NCBI GenBank assembly: GCA_963729715.1
Contig: CAVSPA010000007.1
Location: forward strand, 192,001 to 256,000
DNA from: an uncultured delta proteobacterium
GTDB lineage: Bacteria > Desulfobacterota > Syntrophia > Syntrophales > UBA2185
DNA: 64,000 bases
Direction: 5' to 3'
The translations under genes and the position numbers were made by a program. This document shows, one piece after another, positions 9,629 to 20,151 of the stretch. The notes under the pieces were generated by a model, which was not told the origin of the DNA, made no database searches, and worked only from the letters and a program-made list of their open reading frames with translations. Within the stretch, counting starts at the first letter, position 1; each line of letters opens with the position of its first letter.

Positions 9629-11539
9629 TTACCGGATGCTTGCCCCCGTGACGGGCTCTCTATCGAAACACAAAAGCGTCAGGCCGCCTTCCGCATCGGC
9701 GGCAAGCAGCATTGCCTGGGATTCTATGCCCATCATCTTTGTCGGTTTCAGGTTTGCCACGACGACGATTCTTTTCCCCATGAGGTCTTCCGGCTTGTAA
9801 TCCTTTGCTATACCCGCCACAAGAGTCCTGTTTTCGCCCATATCGATCGTGAGCTTCAGGAGCTTGCTGGACTTAGGAATGGCTTCCGCCCCGATAACCT
9901 TGGCAACACGCAGATCCACCTTCTCGAAATCCGCATAATCTATCAGCGGCTTTACGGGTTGCATCTCTTTCTCTGTCACTTCCGTTTTCTCCCTTTCTTT
10001 TTCATATTTGACCCGCGGGAAGAGCGCCTCTGATCTCTTGAGGCTGTTTCCGTGCGTAAGCCCTCCCCAGCTGCGGATACTGTCAAAATCCAGCGCGGCT
10101 GCTTTCGTGATACCCAATTGATCCGTAATCTTCTCGGCCGAGCCGGGCATGAAAGGATAGACCAGGATGGCAATGATCCGAAGCGATTCGAGGAGATTGT
10201 AGATAACAGTCGCAAGCCGGTTCTTATTTGCCGCATCTTGACCGAGTCTCCATGGCTCCTGCTCAACGATATATTTATTCGTCACGTTGATAAAATCCCA
10301 GATGGCAATGAGGGCCCTGTGGAGCGCAAGCTCCTCGAAACAGCTCTCCACCTCGGCCACGGCCTTGCCCGCTGCGGCCACAAGGAGCTTGTCTTCTTCT
10401 GTTTGAGCGTGCGCTTCAGGCGCTTTTCCGGCGCAGTATTTCATCGCCATCGTCATAGTCCTGCTCACCAGATTGCCAAGGTCATTGGCCAGATCCGAAT
10501 TGATCCTCTGGACGAAGCTCTCTTCGCTGAAACTGGAATCAAGACCAAAAACCATCTCCCGAAGAAGAAAATAACGGAAGGGGTCGAGGCCGTATGTATC
10601 TTTCAAATCGAGGGGCTTAATCACATTGCCTAGGCTTTTCGACATCTTGCTCTGGTCAACGATCCAGTAGCCGTGGACGTTGAGATGCCGGTAAGGCTCA
10701 ATCCCTGCGGCTTTCAGCATGGTGGGCCAGTAAATGCCGTGCGGCTTGAGGATATCCTTCGCGATAAGATGCTGGGCATTAGGCCAGAATATTTTGAAAT
10801 TATCGCCGTCCGGATAACCCGCTCCCGTGATATAATTAATGAGGGCGTCAAACCAGACATACGTCACGTAGTCTTCGTCAAAGGGCAGTGTTATTCCCCA
10901 GTCCAACCTGCTCTTCGGTCTCGATATGCATAGATCTTCGAGCGGGTCCCGGAGGAAGGCTAAGACCTCATTTTTGTAACGCTCCGGCCTGATGAAATCG
11001 GGGTGATCTTTGATATACTCTATCAGCCAGTCCTTGTACTTGCTCATCCGGAAAAAATAATTACTCTCTTCCCGATACTCCGGGGCCGTTTTATGATCGG
11101 GACAGAGCCCGTTCACCAGCTCTTTCTCCGTATAAAATCGTTCACAGCCTACGCAGTAGTATCCCTCGTATTTTCCGAAGTAGATGTCCCCGGCGTCATA
11201 CACCTTCTTGAGGATCAGCCTGACCGTGTCTACGTGGTTTGTATCGGTGGTCCTGATGAAATAGTCATTGGTCACGGCAAGCTGCGGCCACAGGCTCTGG
11301 AACTGGGCACTGATCCTGTCTGCATATTCCTTGGGGGTCGTGTTCGATCCTCTGGCGGCTTCGACGATCTTGTCGCCATGCTCATCCGTACCGGTCAGAA
11401 AAAACACCTTGTATCCGCAAAGGCGATGATACCTGGCTAGGACATCGGCGACAATAGTCGTGTAGGCATGGCCTATGTGCGGCGATGCATTGACATAATA
11501 TATCGGCGTTGTAATGTAATAAGCTTTCTCCACAAACAA
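9629..11539 (-). CDS. metG: Methionine--tRNA ligase
   Basis: HIGH and KMSKS motifs, YVWFDAL, C-terminal tRNA-binding domain. Confidence 0.98.
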   Translation of the reverse strand: MFVEKAYYITTPIYYVNASPHIGHAYTTIVADVLARYHRLCGYKVFFLTGTDEHGDKIVEAARGSNTTPKEYADRISAQFQSLWPQLAVTNDYFIRTTDTNHVDTVRLILKKVYDAGDIYFGKYEGYYCVGCERFYTEKELVNGLCPDHKTAPEYREESNYFFRMSKYKDWLIEYIKDHPDFIRPERYKNEVLAFLRDPLEDLCISRPKSRLDWGITLPFDEDYVTYVWFDALINYITGAGYPDGDNFKIFWPNAQHLIAKDILKPHGIYWPTMLKAAGIEPYRHLNVHGYWIVDQSKMSKSLGNVIKPLDLKDTYGLDPFRYFLLREMVFGLDSSFSEESFVQRINSDLANDLGNLVSRTMTMAMKYCAGKAPEAHAQTEEDKLLVAAAGKAVAEVESCFEELALHRALIAIWDFINVTNKYIVEQEPWRLGQDAANKNRLATVIYNLLESLRIIAILVYPFMPGSAEKITDQLGITKAAALDFDSIRSWGGLTHGNSLKRSEALFPRVKYEKEREKTEVTEKEMQPVKPLIDYADFEKVDLRVAKVIGAEAIPKSSKLLKLTIDMGENRTLVAGIAKDYKPEDLMGKRIVVVANLKPTKMMGIESQAMLLAADAEGGLTLLCFDREPVTGASIR

Positions 11540-11592
11540 TCCCTCTCCCTAAAAAGCCAGTGTCGTCAACAGAGAGCCGCAAAATCCGAGAG

Positions 11593-12396
11593 CTACAAGT
11601 CTTTTATATTGACTGTAATCTCTTTCCCGCTTTCCAATTGTACCACCACTTCACCCTTCAGGATATTTTGCCTTATGATCTTGCCGCGCCCTTCAGGGGC
11701 ATTTATGACCTTGCCGCACTTTGGTACGTGTTTCTTCATATCCTGATACCCCTCAAATTCGAAGGCCAGACAACACATCAATCTCCCGCAGAGACCGGAA
11801 ATCTTTTCCGGATTCAGAGACACACTCTGTTCCTTCGCCATCTTGACGGATACCCGGTCCAGATTGGGGATCGAATTCGCGCAACATACCTCTCTGCCGC
11901 AGATCCCCAGACCCTTTATCATACGGGCTTCGTGACGGGCGCCGATCTGCCTTAATTCAATCCTTATCTTGAACTGCTGAACCAGATCCTTTACGAGTTC
12001 CCGGAAATCCACCCGGCTTTCCGCTGTGAAATAAAATACCATCTGGCTCTTATCGAAAAGACATTCCACGTCAATCAGCTTCATGGGGAGATCCCGTGCC
12101 TTGATTCTCTCTAGGCAGAATTGGCGGGACTCCTGTTCGAGGGTTTCATTCTCTTTCTTGATCCTGAAATCCTCCTCTGTGACCTTGCGGATGACACTCT
12201 TGAGACCAACGGGCAGTTTATTGACCGGCACGGGCGTCACTGGAGTTATAACCATACCCCAGGACATGCCGTTTTCAGTATTGACAATGACCTGATCATT
12301 TTTCGCAAGCTGGAGATCACCAGTTTCAAAGTTATATATTTTCCCATCTTTGCGAAACTTTATACCGACAATATTTTTCAGATTTACCTGCTCCAT
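11593..12396 (-). CDS. PSP1/YaaT (RicT) family protein
   Basis: RVDFRELVKDL, RIELRQIGxR, CGREVCC and SGLCGRLMCCL motifs. Confidence 0.93.
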   Translation of the reverse strand: MEQVNLKNIVGIKFRKDGKIYNFETGDLQLAKNDQVIVNTENGMSWGMVITPVTPVPVNKLPVGLKSVIRKVTEEDFRIKKENETLEQESRQFCLERIKARDLPMKLIDVECLFDKSQMVFYFTAESRVDFRELVKDLVQQFKIRIELRQIGARHEARMIKGLGICGREVCCANSIPNLDRVSVKMAKEQSVSLNPEKISGLCGRLMCCLAFEFEGYQDMKKHVPKCGKVINAPEGRGKIIRQNILKGEVVVQLESGKEITVNIKDL

Positions 12397-12481
12397 CTCC
12401 CATTAATCGAACTGGCGTTAATCAGTCATTACCTCTTTACCTGCACGGGAAATGCCACCTTCTCCAACGACGGAAAACCAA

Positions 12482-13480
12482 TTATTCATGATACCTGCCC
12501 AGTCTAAACATCATGACCTCTAAAGTCAATTGTTTATTGGCATTCTGATTCAGTGCGTGGAATGCCCGATCCACAGCCCTTATGCAACCTACAATATCGC
12601 GGCCTGATTCACTCTCGGCAACAGACTTTATGATATCAATATAATCCTGATTGATGAGACTCTCTCGATCTCCGGTTTCCTTATACACCAATGCATCCCT
12701 GTAACCGGTCATTAAGATGCCGAGCCTTTCTATAATATCATTTTTTTCCTGGCCAAAATCATTGAGAGCCGACAACAATTTGAGGGGATCTTTCGTTTTG
12801 ATCCTTGCAATTATATCAAGGACCGTCGCCCTCGTCGTCAGATACGATTCATCATTCATTGCATGGGCCCTCCCGACGCTCCCGCCCGACGATAAGGCGA
12901 TCAGTTGAGCCGATTTATGGTCCAATGATAATTCTTTCTCTAAAAACGAAGCAACGGTTTCCCGGCTAAGTGGATTAAACCGCAGGTGCTGGCACCTAGA
13001 GAGAACGGTGGCAGGAAGCTGATGTGGGCGTGCAGTGAGCAATACCAATATATTTGATGCCGATGGCTCTTCCAATGTTTTCAGTATGGCATTAGCGGAA
13101 GCGATATTCATCTTATCGGCATCTACGATGATGAAAATTCGCTTTCCTCCTTCAAAGGGGCTGAACTTCATCTGCTCCTGGAGTTCTCTTACTTCCTGTA
13201 TTTTTATTGATTGTCCCTGAGCTTCTATCGTAATCACATCGGGGTGATTTTCGTGGTCTATTTTCAGGCAGGAAGGACATGTATCGCATGCATCGAGGCT
13301 CTCTCTCCCGGAAGCGCAGTTCAGCGCCTTGGCAAATACCTCCGCCACGGTCCTTTTGCCGACTCCTTCCGCTCCGTAAAAAAGATACGCATGGGGAATA
13401 CGACCACGTGACATGGCAGTTTGAAGGACTCTTATCTGTTTTTCATGGCCATAAACGTCTTTGAAAGACATGCAAACCAC
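12482..13480 (-). CDS. holB: DNA polymerase III subunit delta'
   Basis: HAYLFYG, zinc motif CDTCPSC, HPD, LKTLEEP and SRC; lies after tmk. Confidence 0.93.
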   Translation of the reverse strand: MVCMSFKDVYGHEKQIRVLQTAMSRGRIPHAYLFYGAEGVGKRTVAEVFAKALNCASGRESLDACDTCPSCLKIDHENHPDVITIEAQGQSIKIQEVRELQEQMKFSPFEGGKRIFIIVDADKMNIASANAILKTLEEPSASNILVLLTARPHQLPATVLSRCQHLRFNPLSRETVASFLEKELSLDHKSAQLIALSSGGSVGRAHAMNDESYLTTRATVLDIIARIKTKDPLKLLSALNDFGQEKNDIIERLGILMTGYRDALVYKETGDRESLINQDYIDIIKSVAESESGRDIVGCIRAVDRAFHALNQNANKQLTLEVMMFRLGRYHE

Positions 13481-13580
13481 CTTCTCTTAAACCTGATCGA
13501 TACAGAAATTCTCATATCAAAAATCCCCGAGGTTTGGCTATGAGAATTTTGACGCTGTCTTAAGAATGGAGATCTTGTGC

Positions 13581-14237
13581 TTAGAGTTTCTTGTTTATGA
13601 ATTGGAACAGATGGACGCAGACTTCGCGATGGACGGATTCAATATCTTTTGACGCGTCGACGATTCGGAACCGTTCAGGTTCGTCTCCCGCAAGGGACAG
13701 ATATCCCTCCCTTACTCTCCTGTGAAACTCCAACGCCTCTCTTTCAAATCGATCTTCCGCCGGCATCCCCTTATTGCTGGATATCCTTTCCACGGCCCTT
13801 CTTAGACCCGTCTCCACCGGCAGATCAAAAAGAAGAGTGAAGTGCGGTTTCAGACCAGCCGAGGAAAAGTCATTGATGCGCCTGATAAAGTCTATATCTA
13901 AGCCCCTGCCGAAACCCTGGTAGGCAATCGTTGCATCAGAAAACCGGTCACACAAGACCACTCTTCCTTCCTTCAGGGCGGGCCCGATCACCTGTTTGAC
14001 ATGTTGCGCCCTCGCCGCCAAGAAGAGAAGAAGTTCGGTCTCGGCGGACATGTTTGCCGTATCACGGGGAACATTATGGAGTAGCATCTCCCTGATTTTT
14101 CTCCCGATGGGTGTACCTCCCGGCTCTTCCGTAATGACAAAAAGTGTACGGCGTTCGCTGAGAAAGCTAGCGGCGAGTTTAATCTGGGTTGATTTTCCAC
14201 AGCCTTCGATGCCTTCAAAGGTAATAAATCGTTCCAT
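13581..14237 (-). CDS. tmk: Thymidylate kinase
   Basis: FITFEGIEGCGKST, EPGGT, DRFSDA and AYQG motifs. Confidence 0.97.
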   Translation of the reverse strand: MERFITFEGIEGCGKSTQIKLAASFLSERRTLFVITEEPGGTPIGRKIREMLLHNVPRDTANMSAETELLLFLAARAQHVKQVIGPALKEGRVVLCDRFSDATIAYQGFGRGLDIDFIRRINDFSSAGLKPHFTLLFDLPVETGLRRAVERISSNKGMPAEDRFEREALEFHRRVREGYLSLAGDEPERFRIVDASKDIESVHREVCVHLFQFINKKL

Positions 14238-14277
14238 AGTGATACTCTCAACAGGAAAATTTTCAATGCAGAGATTA

Positions 14278-14360
14278 TGTCAATCCGAAGAAAAAAGCGA
14301 CGGGAGATGCTGCCCGCTGCCTGGGGGTTGCAGGATTTCTCCTTTCGGTCGAAATGACAA
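14278..14360. repeat. Degenerate REP-like inverted doublet
   Basis: TGTCAATCCGAAG... at left; the right unit reads TTGTCATTTCGACCGAAAGGAGAAATCC on the minus strand. Confidence 0.45.
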
Positions 14361-14400
14361 GCGGAAGTCGTTCAAGGGAAGGGCATCAGCAAAAACAGGC

Positions 14401-14447
14401 AAGGGGAAGACACCCGTACTTGACCAAGGCGGATGGTTTCCCCTTTT
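14401..14447. terminator. Hairpin/putative intrinsic terminator downstream of the ferredoxin gene
   Basis: AAGGGGAA...TTCCCCTT inverted repeat. Confidence 0.45.
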
Positions 14448-14470
14448 GAACTCCGATGCTGGGTTTGGCT

Positions 14471-14668
<198 letters not shown>

Positions 14669-14710
14669 TTACTATGTGGGACTCTTATACCAAGACCCTT
14701 ACTGAAATAT

Positions 14711-14935
14711 CTACGTCACGGAAACGACTTCTTTCACTCCCGGAACTTCCTTCTGCAAGTATTTCTGTATCCCCATCTTCAGGGTCATTTGCGACATGGG
14801 ACAGCCGCGGCAGGCTCCCAGAAGTTTCACCTTGACAATGCCCTCATCATCCACGTCAACAAGCTCAACATCGCCGCCGTCCGCCTGCAGGTTGGGCCGG
14901 ATACGCTCTATGGCGCTGCGTACTTCTTCTTTCAT
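14711..14935 (-). CDS. NifU/Nfu-type Fe-S carrier protein
   Basis: [14 protein letters not shown] and GACRGCPMS motifs; GGAGG RBS. Confidence 0.93.
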   Translation of the reverse strand: MKEEVRSAIERIRPNLQADGGDVELVDVDDEGIVKVKLLGACRGCPMSQMTLKMGIQKYLQKEVPGVKEVVSVT

Positions 14936-15025
14936 TACATAACCTCCATTTACTAACAGCCGCAAGGGCAAGCTGTAGACGATAGAAAAAGCTTGTTTCT
15001 GGTCGCTTTATTAGGTGCCCTCGGA

Positions 15026-15631
15026 TTAATGGGGCATCTCTTTTACCATCCTTTTGACGAGGCTCTTTGCCACATCAGGAAGGGCAGGTTTCATAAGTAT
15101 GTAGGTCTCCACCTCATGATGCCCGGCAGTCCACATTATCTTGCCGGAAACTGCATCGATCATTTTGACGCCCATGACTATTTTGGCTACCTTGTCGTCG
15201 TTTTCTATCGTGTAATTCCAGTAGTCGACATTGGCCAACATGAAGGCGTCGACCTTCATCATTTCACCGAGCTTTCTGCTGAGATCAGCATCGGAATAAC
15301 TGACAGCTTTCAGTTTGGACATATAATCGAGGAACACCTTCCGCAGCTCCTCGCTCGATTGCATCTGCCTGTTTATTGCATCTGCAGCGACGACATCAGT
15401 AAACCACTTTGTATCAATGAGCACAGCAGCAATGATCTGATCAATTACGCCCCTTGCCTCTTCGTATGTTCCTACATCGACAGGAAACACACCGATTCGC
15501 TTGGGATGAAAATTCTTTGCTTCCGGGGCGACCTCGGAATAGCGGATTCCGCCGCAGCCGGCAAGCGCAAGCAGCAGAAGCATCGTTACAGGCAAAAGAA
15601 ATATCTTTCTCGTCACAATACCCGCCCCCAC
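15026..15631 (-). CDS. Putative lipoprotein
   Basis: Lipobox LAGC; GNA1162/DUF799-like layout. Confidence 0.75.
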   Translation of the reverse strand: MGAGIVTRKIFLLPVTMLLLLALAGCGGIRYSEVAPEAKNFHPKRIGVFPVDVGTYEEARGVIDQIIAAVLIDTKWFTDVVAADAINRQMQSSEELRKVFLDYMSKLKAVSYSDADLSRKLGEMMKVDAFMLANVDYWNYTIENDDKVAKIVMGVKMIDAVSGKIMWTAGHHEVETYILMKPALPDVAKSLVKRMVKEMPH

Positions 15632-15635
15632 GTTA

Positions 15636-17384
15636 TTATTCAGCCAAATACACAGTCAGGCAAAGCCAGACCAGGGAACTTATGCCGGCTATGATATAGC
15701 TAGTTTCGAGAATACCCTCCTGAACAACGCCGGAAAATGCCGCCCTTCTAACATAAAGCCTGAAATAAATCCACATAAAAAATATGCAGACCAGGAGGGT
15801 AAAACTCAGCGAGGAAGTCCACCCTAAGGCATGGGATACGCTGAGCAAAATGACCAGCAAAACGAGTATCCCCTGCAACAGAATCTGGGTGGATTTCTTG
15901 CCTATCAGAACAGGTATCGTCTCGCGGCCGATGAGCCTATCGCTCTGTATATCCAAGATATCGGATATGGCGGAGCGAACGAAGACAATGCCGAAGGTAA
16001 AGAGAAAAGCCACAAACATACCGGCGGTGACGGAAAGACTGATTTCGAATTGCGGCAGCACTGCCGCAACAGCAGCCCAAGCCATGGCCATGAAAATGTT
16101 CTTGGAACCCGGCAGGTCTTTAAGGCTCTTGAAGCGCAGGTTCCCCGGCAGTATTTTCGTATTATAGAGCACGCCAAAAATGGAAATCAAAAAAAGCAAT
16201 ATGAAGGCGTTCAAGCCTGCAATGAAGGAAATTGTCAGGGCCAGGACCAGAGACACGACTGCCGCCGATACATAAGCATTTTCATGTTTGAGATAAGATT
16301 CTTCCCTGAATGATCCGATGATGGTGCTCGTTTTTCTGTTGATGAGCCGGTTGAGTGTATGCATGGCATATACATAAAGGGACGTTGTCAGAATATTCAA
16401 TACATTCACAGGGAGTCTCTGCAAGAGCATGCTTGCAAAAGACAGACATCCGGCTCCCATAGCAGAATAAATTTCCGTCTTGACTGCGAACACCCAGAAG
16501 CTGTAGAGCCTCTGTACCTGCTTCTGTCTCTCATCCTGATGGCTCGTAACAGCTTCAAAAACCCGGTTGATGATCCAGTTGGGCGTCGATGCACCTGCGG
16601 AAATACCGATCTTCTCGTACCGGCTTGAAGGAATGTCGTCTAATTCATCGGCAGTCTCGATGTGAAACGTCGGCTTGCACTCAAGCTGTGAAATCCTGAC
16701 CAGCCTTTTTGTATTTGCACTGTTCCTGCCGCCAACGATAAATACGGCATCCATTTCTGCGGCCAGGGCCTTAACTTCCGACTGCCTCTTTTCCGTGGAA
16801 TCACAAATAGTATTGAAAATGACGGCCTCGGGAAACCTTGTCTTGATCTTTTCCACGATGTCAATAAACGCGTCCGTACTCTGCGTGGTCTGAGCGACTA
16901 CACATACCTTGTCGAGGGGCCGAAGATTATCGACCTCCGCCGCGCTGCCGATAACGAAGCCATTGCCGTCGGCATATCCAAGAAGACCATTAACCTCCGG
17001 GTGCTCCCTGTCGCCGATGATGAGAACTGCGTAGTCCGATGATGCGTGCTTTTTGATAATAGCCTGGACATGCGCCACTTTAGGACAGGTGGCGTCAACG
17101 ATCTTGATTCCTTTCTCCCTGATCTTATTTCTCTCCTCCGGGGATATGCCGTGGGCCCTGATTATGATCGTGGCGCCTTTGCCGGACACGTGAATATTGT
17201 CGATGTCCATTACCGGGATAATTCCCCTCGTCCTTAAGAGCTCGACAGTCTGAGGATTGTGGATTAGGGGGCCATACGTATAGACATCCTCTTTCCCTTT
17301 GCGCTGGGCAATGTCAAGGACGAGATCGACGGCCCTTCTCACACCCATGCAAAATCCCGCTGTCTTGGCAAGTTTAACGCCCAT
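15636..17384 (-). CDS. ispH: 4-hydroxy-3-methylbut-2-enyl diphosphate reductase fused to a UbiA-like multi-TM domain
   Basis: AGFCMGV, IIRAHG, DATCP, AQTT, TIC and SAGASTP motifs; C-terminal TM domain with DIQSDRLIGRETIP. Confidence 0.93.
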   Translation of the reverse strand: MGVKLAKTAGFCMGVRRAVDLVLDIAQRKGKEDVYTYGPLIHNPQTVELLRTRGIIPVMDIDNIHVSGKGATIIIRAHGISPEERNKIREKGIKIVDATCPKVAHVQAIIKKHASSDYAVLIIGDREHPEVNGLLGYADGNGFVIGSAAEVDNLRPLDKVCVVAQTTQSTDAFIDIVEKIKTRFPEAVIFNTICDSTEKRQSEVKALAAEMDAVFIVGGRNSANTKRLVRISQLECKPTFHIETADELDDIPSSRYEKIGISAGASTPNWIINRVFEAVTSHQDERQKQVQRLYSFWVFAVKTEIYSAMGAGCLSFASMLLQRLPVNVLNILTTSLYVYAMHTLNRLINRKTSTIIGSFREESYLKHENAYVSAAVVSLVLALTISFIAGLNAFILLFLISIFGVLYNTKILPGNLRFKSLKDLPGSKNIFMAMAWAAVAAVLPQFEISLSVTAGMFVAFLFTFGIVFVRSAISDILDIQSDRLIGRETIPVLIGKKSTQILLQGILVLLVILLSVSHALGWTSSLSFTLLVCIFFMWIYFRLYVRRAAFSGVVQEGILETSYIIAGISSLVWLCLTVYLAE

Positions 17385-17483
17385 ATGTTTTGCAAGACCT
17401 TCACTTCAGTAATGCTACGGACGAAAAGAGATATAGAACTCTTCTCAAAGAAATTTTCAGATGTCTCTTATCAATAAAATCTC

Positions 17484-18230
17484 TTACGTTTTCAGATAAA
17501 TGAAAAACTCCCTGTTACCTTTGGGCCCTGTCAAGGGGGATTCACAGACGCCCATAACCGAGAGCTCCAAGTCTGCGCAGAATTTCTTTATTCCCTCAAT
17601 TACCCTTTCGTGCACCTCAGGATTTCTTATGACGCCGTGTTTTTCAACCTCATCGCGCCCTGCCTCAAACTGAGGCTTAATAAGGGCAAGCATGATTGCG
17701 TCCTTCTTCGCTACCAGCCTCTGTACGGCAGGGATGACGAGCCTGAGCGAAATAAATGACGCATCTATCGTGGCCAAATCAATGCCATCCTTAATTTCCG
17801 AACCTTCAAAATATCTTATGTTTGTCCTTTCGAGGTTTACTACCCGCGCATCCGTCCTCAGCTTCCACGCCAATTGGCCATAACCGACATCGATGGCATA
17901 GACCTTTCGCGCCCCTTCCTGAAGAAGGCAGTCGGTGAAGCCGCCGGTGGAAGCACCTACATCAAGGGCAACGAGGTCTCTCACGATGATATCGAACGCC
18001 GTAAGGGCGCCCTTCAATTTCAATCCTCCCCTGCTGACGTAGGGGTTATCTTCCCCTTCTATCCTGATTTCTGCATCCGGCAAAACGAGGGCGCCCGCCT
18101 TATCCGTCTTGGTCTCTCCCACGAACACGGCGCCTGACATAATCAGCGCCCTGGCTCTCTCGCGGGTCTGGCAGATACCTCTATCCACCAGCAGCAGGTC
18201 TAATCTGATTTTTTTGATTTTGTTGCTCAT
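17484..18230 (-). CDS. tlyA: TlyA family rRNA methyltransferase
   Basis: S4 domain, YVSRGGLKL, DVGASTGGFTD, KPQFE and GNREF motifs. Confidence 0.95.
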   Translation of the reverse strand: MSNKIKKIRLDLLLVDRGICQTRERARALIMSGAVFVGETKTDKAGALVLPDAEIRIEGEDNPYVSRGGLKLKGALTAFDIIVRDLVALDVGASTGGFTDCLLQEGARKVYAIDVGYGQLAWKLRTDARVVNLERTNIRYFEGSEIKDGIDLATIDASFISLRLVIPAVQRLVAKKDAIMLALIKPQFEAGRDEVEKHGVIRNPEVHERVIEGIKKFCADLELSVMGVCESPLTGPKGNREFFIYLKT

Positions 18231-18242
18231 GCTGAGAAAAGC

Positions 18243-20141
18243 TTACTGCTCCATCAAGGACTTGGCCGCTGCAATGATGCCCTCTTCGTCAATGCCGTAC
18301 ATCCTTCTTAATTCCTTCTGCGTGGCATGTTCGACAAATTTATCCTTGATGCCAAGTCTCTTCACGATGACATCATGAATACCCTTTTCTTCAAAGAGTT
18401 CCAGCACGGCGCTTCCGAACCCGCCCATGCGGACATTCTCTTCGACGGTGATTATCCTCTTTACGGACTTAGCGGTTTCGCAAAGCAGCCCTTCATCAAG
18501 GGGTTTTACGAAACGGGCATTGATGACCCTCGTATTGATTCCTTCTGTCTTCAGTTTCGCTGCGGCAGCAACGGCAGGATAAACGGTAGAGCCAATGGCC
18601 ACGATCGCCAGATTTGCATTTTTGGCGTCATGGATAATTTCGCCTCTTCCAACTGCAAGAGACACGGGAATATCATCGATGGGCACACCAACTCCCCTGC
18701 CGCGGGGATATCTTATGGAAACAGGCCCCCCGCTTTCAACTGCTGTCTTAAGCATATGCTGGAGTTCATTTTCGTCCTTGGGCGCCATCACGATTATATT
18801 CGGAATGGAGCGGAGATAGGAAAAATCAAAGAGTCCGTGGTGGGTCGGTCCATCGGCGCCCACGAAGCCTCCCCGATCGATGGCGAGCACCACCGGTAGT
18901 TTCTGCAGACAGACGTCGTGGAGAATTTGATCATAGGCCCTTTGCAGGAATGTCGAATATATAGCCACCACTGGAATCAGGGCCTCCGTGGCGAGTCCGG
19001 CGGCAAAGGTCACACCGTGCTGTTCAGCCATACCGACATCATAGAAGCGCCCGGGATATTCCCTGGCAAACTCATCGAGCCCCGTACCTTCACTCATGGC
19101 GGCTGTCACGGCGACAATCCGGGGATTGTCGTGGGCCAGTTTTATAATCGTTCTGCCAAACATTTTTGTGTAAGACAGAGGCACAACACCTTCATCAACA
19201 GGCTCGCCTGTATCGATCTTGAATGGGGCAATCCCGTGGAACTTTGCCGGGTCATCTTCGGCGAATTTATAACCCTGTCCTTTTCTTGTGATGACGTGCA
19301 CAAGGACGGGACCTTCTAAAGCTCTCACGTTTTTCAGGTTCTTGATGAGATGATCGAGGCGGTGCCCTTCGAGCGGCCCTACATACGTGAATCCGAGTTC
19401 CTCAAACAGGACGCCGGGAAGGACAAGACCTTTCAGAGATTCCTCCACCTGTTTAGAAAACTTCACCATCTGTTCTCCGATGGAGGGGATAGACTTGAGA
19501 AAGTTTTTGAACTCCGTCTTGAATCTTGTGACAGTTTGGCCAGTCATGATGCGGTTGAGATATGATGACATGGCCCCCACATTGGGTGAAATGCAAAGCT
19601 CATTGTCATTTAATATGATGATGAGATTCTTGCTGCGGTCTCCCGCCCAATTCAGGGCCTCAAAGGCCATCCCTGCTGATATGGAACCATCGCCGATCAC
19701 GGCAAGGATTTTAAAGTCTCCCCCGTTGAGGCACCTTGCTTCGGCCATCCCTATGGCAGCGGATATGGACGTGCTGCTGTGCCCCGTGTTGAAGACATCG
19801 TACAGACTCTCCTCCCTCCTGGGGAAACCGCTTATTCCGCCCTTAGTCCTCAAAGTATGGAACAGGTTCTTGCGACCCGTGATAATCTTATGGGCATAGG
19901 CCTGATGTCCCACATCCCAGACGACTTTATCCCTCGGTGTATTAAATACGTAGTGAATGGCAAGCGTCAATTCAACCGTCCCCAGAGATGAAGCAAGATG
20001 GCCGCCGTTTCTGGAGACGACGTCGATGATCATTTTTCTAATCTCTCCGGCAAGTCTGTTCAACCGGGCAAGATCGAGCCTCCTTATATCCTCAGGAAAA
20101 TTGACTGTAGAAAGGATGCTGCCTTTGTCTTCTCCACTCAT
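18243..20141 (-). CDS. dxs: 1-deoxy-D-xylulose-5-phosphate synthase
   Basis: GGHLASSLG, WDVGHQAY, GHSSTSIS, DGPTHHG and IRYPRG motifs. Confidence 0.98.
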   Translation of the reverse strand: MSGEDKGSILSTVNFPEDIRRLDLARLNRLAGEIRKMIIDVVSRNGGHLASSLGTVELTLAIHYVFNTPRDKVVWDVGHQAYAHKIITGRKNLFHTLRTKGGISGFPRREESLYDVFNTGHSSTSISAAIGMAEARCLNGGDFKILAVIGDGSISAGMAFEALNWAGDRSKNLIIILNDNELCISPNVGAMSSYLNRIMTGQTVTRFKTEFKNFLKSIPSIGEQMVKFSKQVEESLKGLVLPGVLFEELGFTYVGPLEGHRLDHLIKNLKNVRALEGPVLVHVITRKGQGYKFAEDDPAKFHGIAPFKIDTGEPVDEGVVPLSYTKMFGRTIIKLAHDNPRIVAVTAAMSEGTGLDEFAREYPGRFYDVGMAEQHGVTFAAGLATEALIPVVAIYSTFLQRAYDQILHDVCLQKLPVVLAIDRGGFVGADGPTHHGLFDFSYLRSIPNIIVMAPKDENELQHMLKTAVESGGPVSIRYPRGRGVGVPIDDIPVSLAVGRGEIIHDAKNANLAIVAIGSTVYPAVAAAAKLKTEGINTRVINARFVKPLDEGLLCETAKSVKRIITVEENVRMGGFGSAVLELFEEKGIHDVIVKRLGIKDKFVEHATQKELRRMYGIDEEGIIAAAKSLMEQ

Positions 20142-20151
20142 TGTTTTTCCT

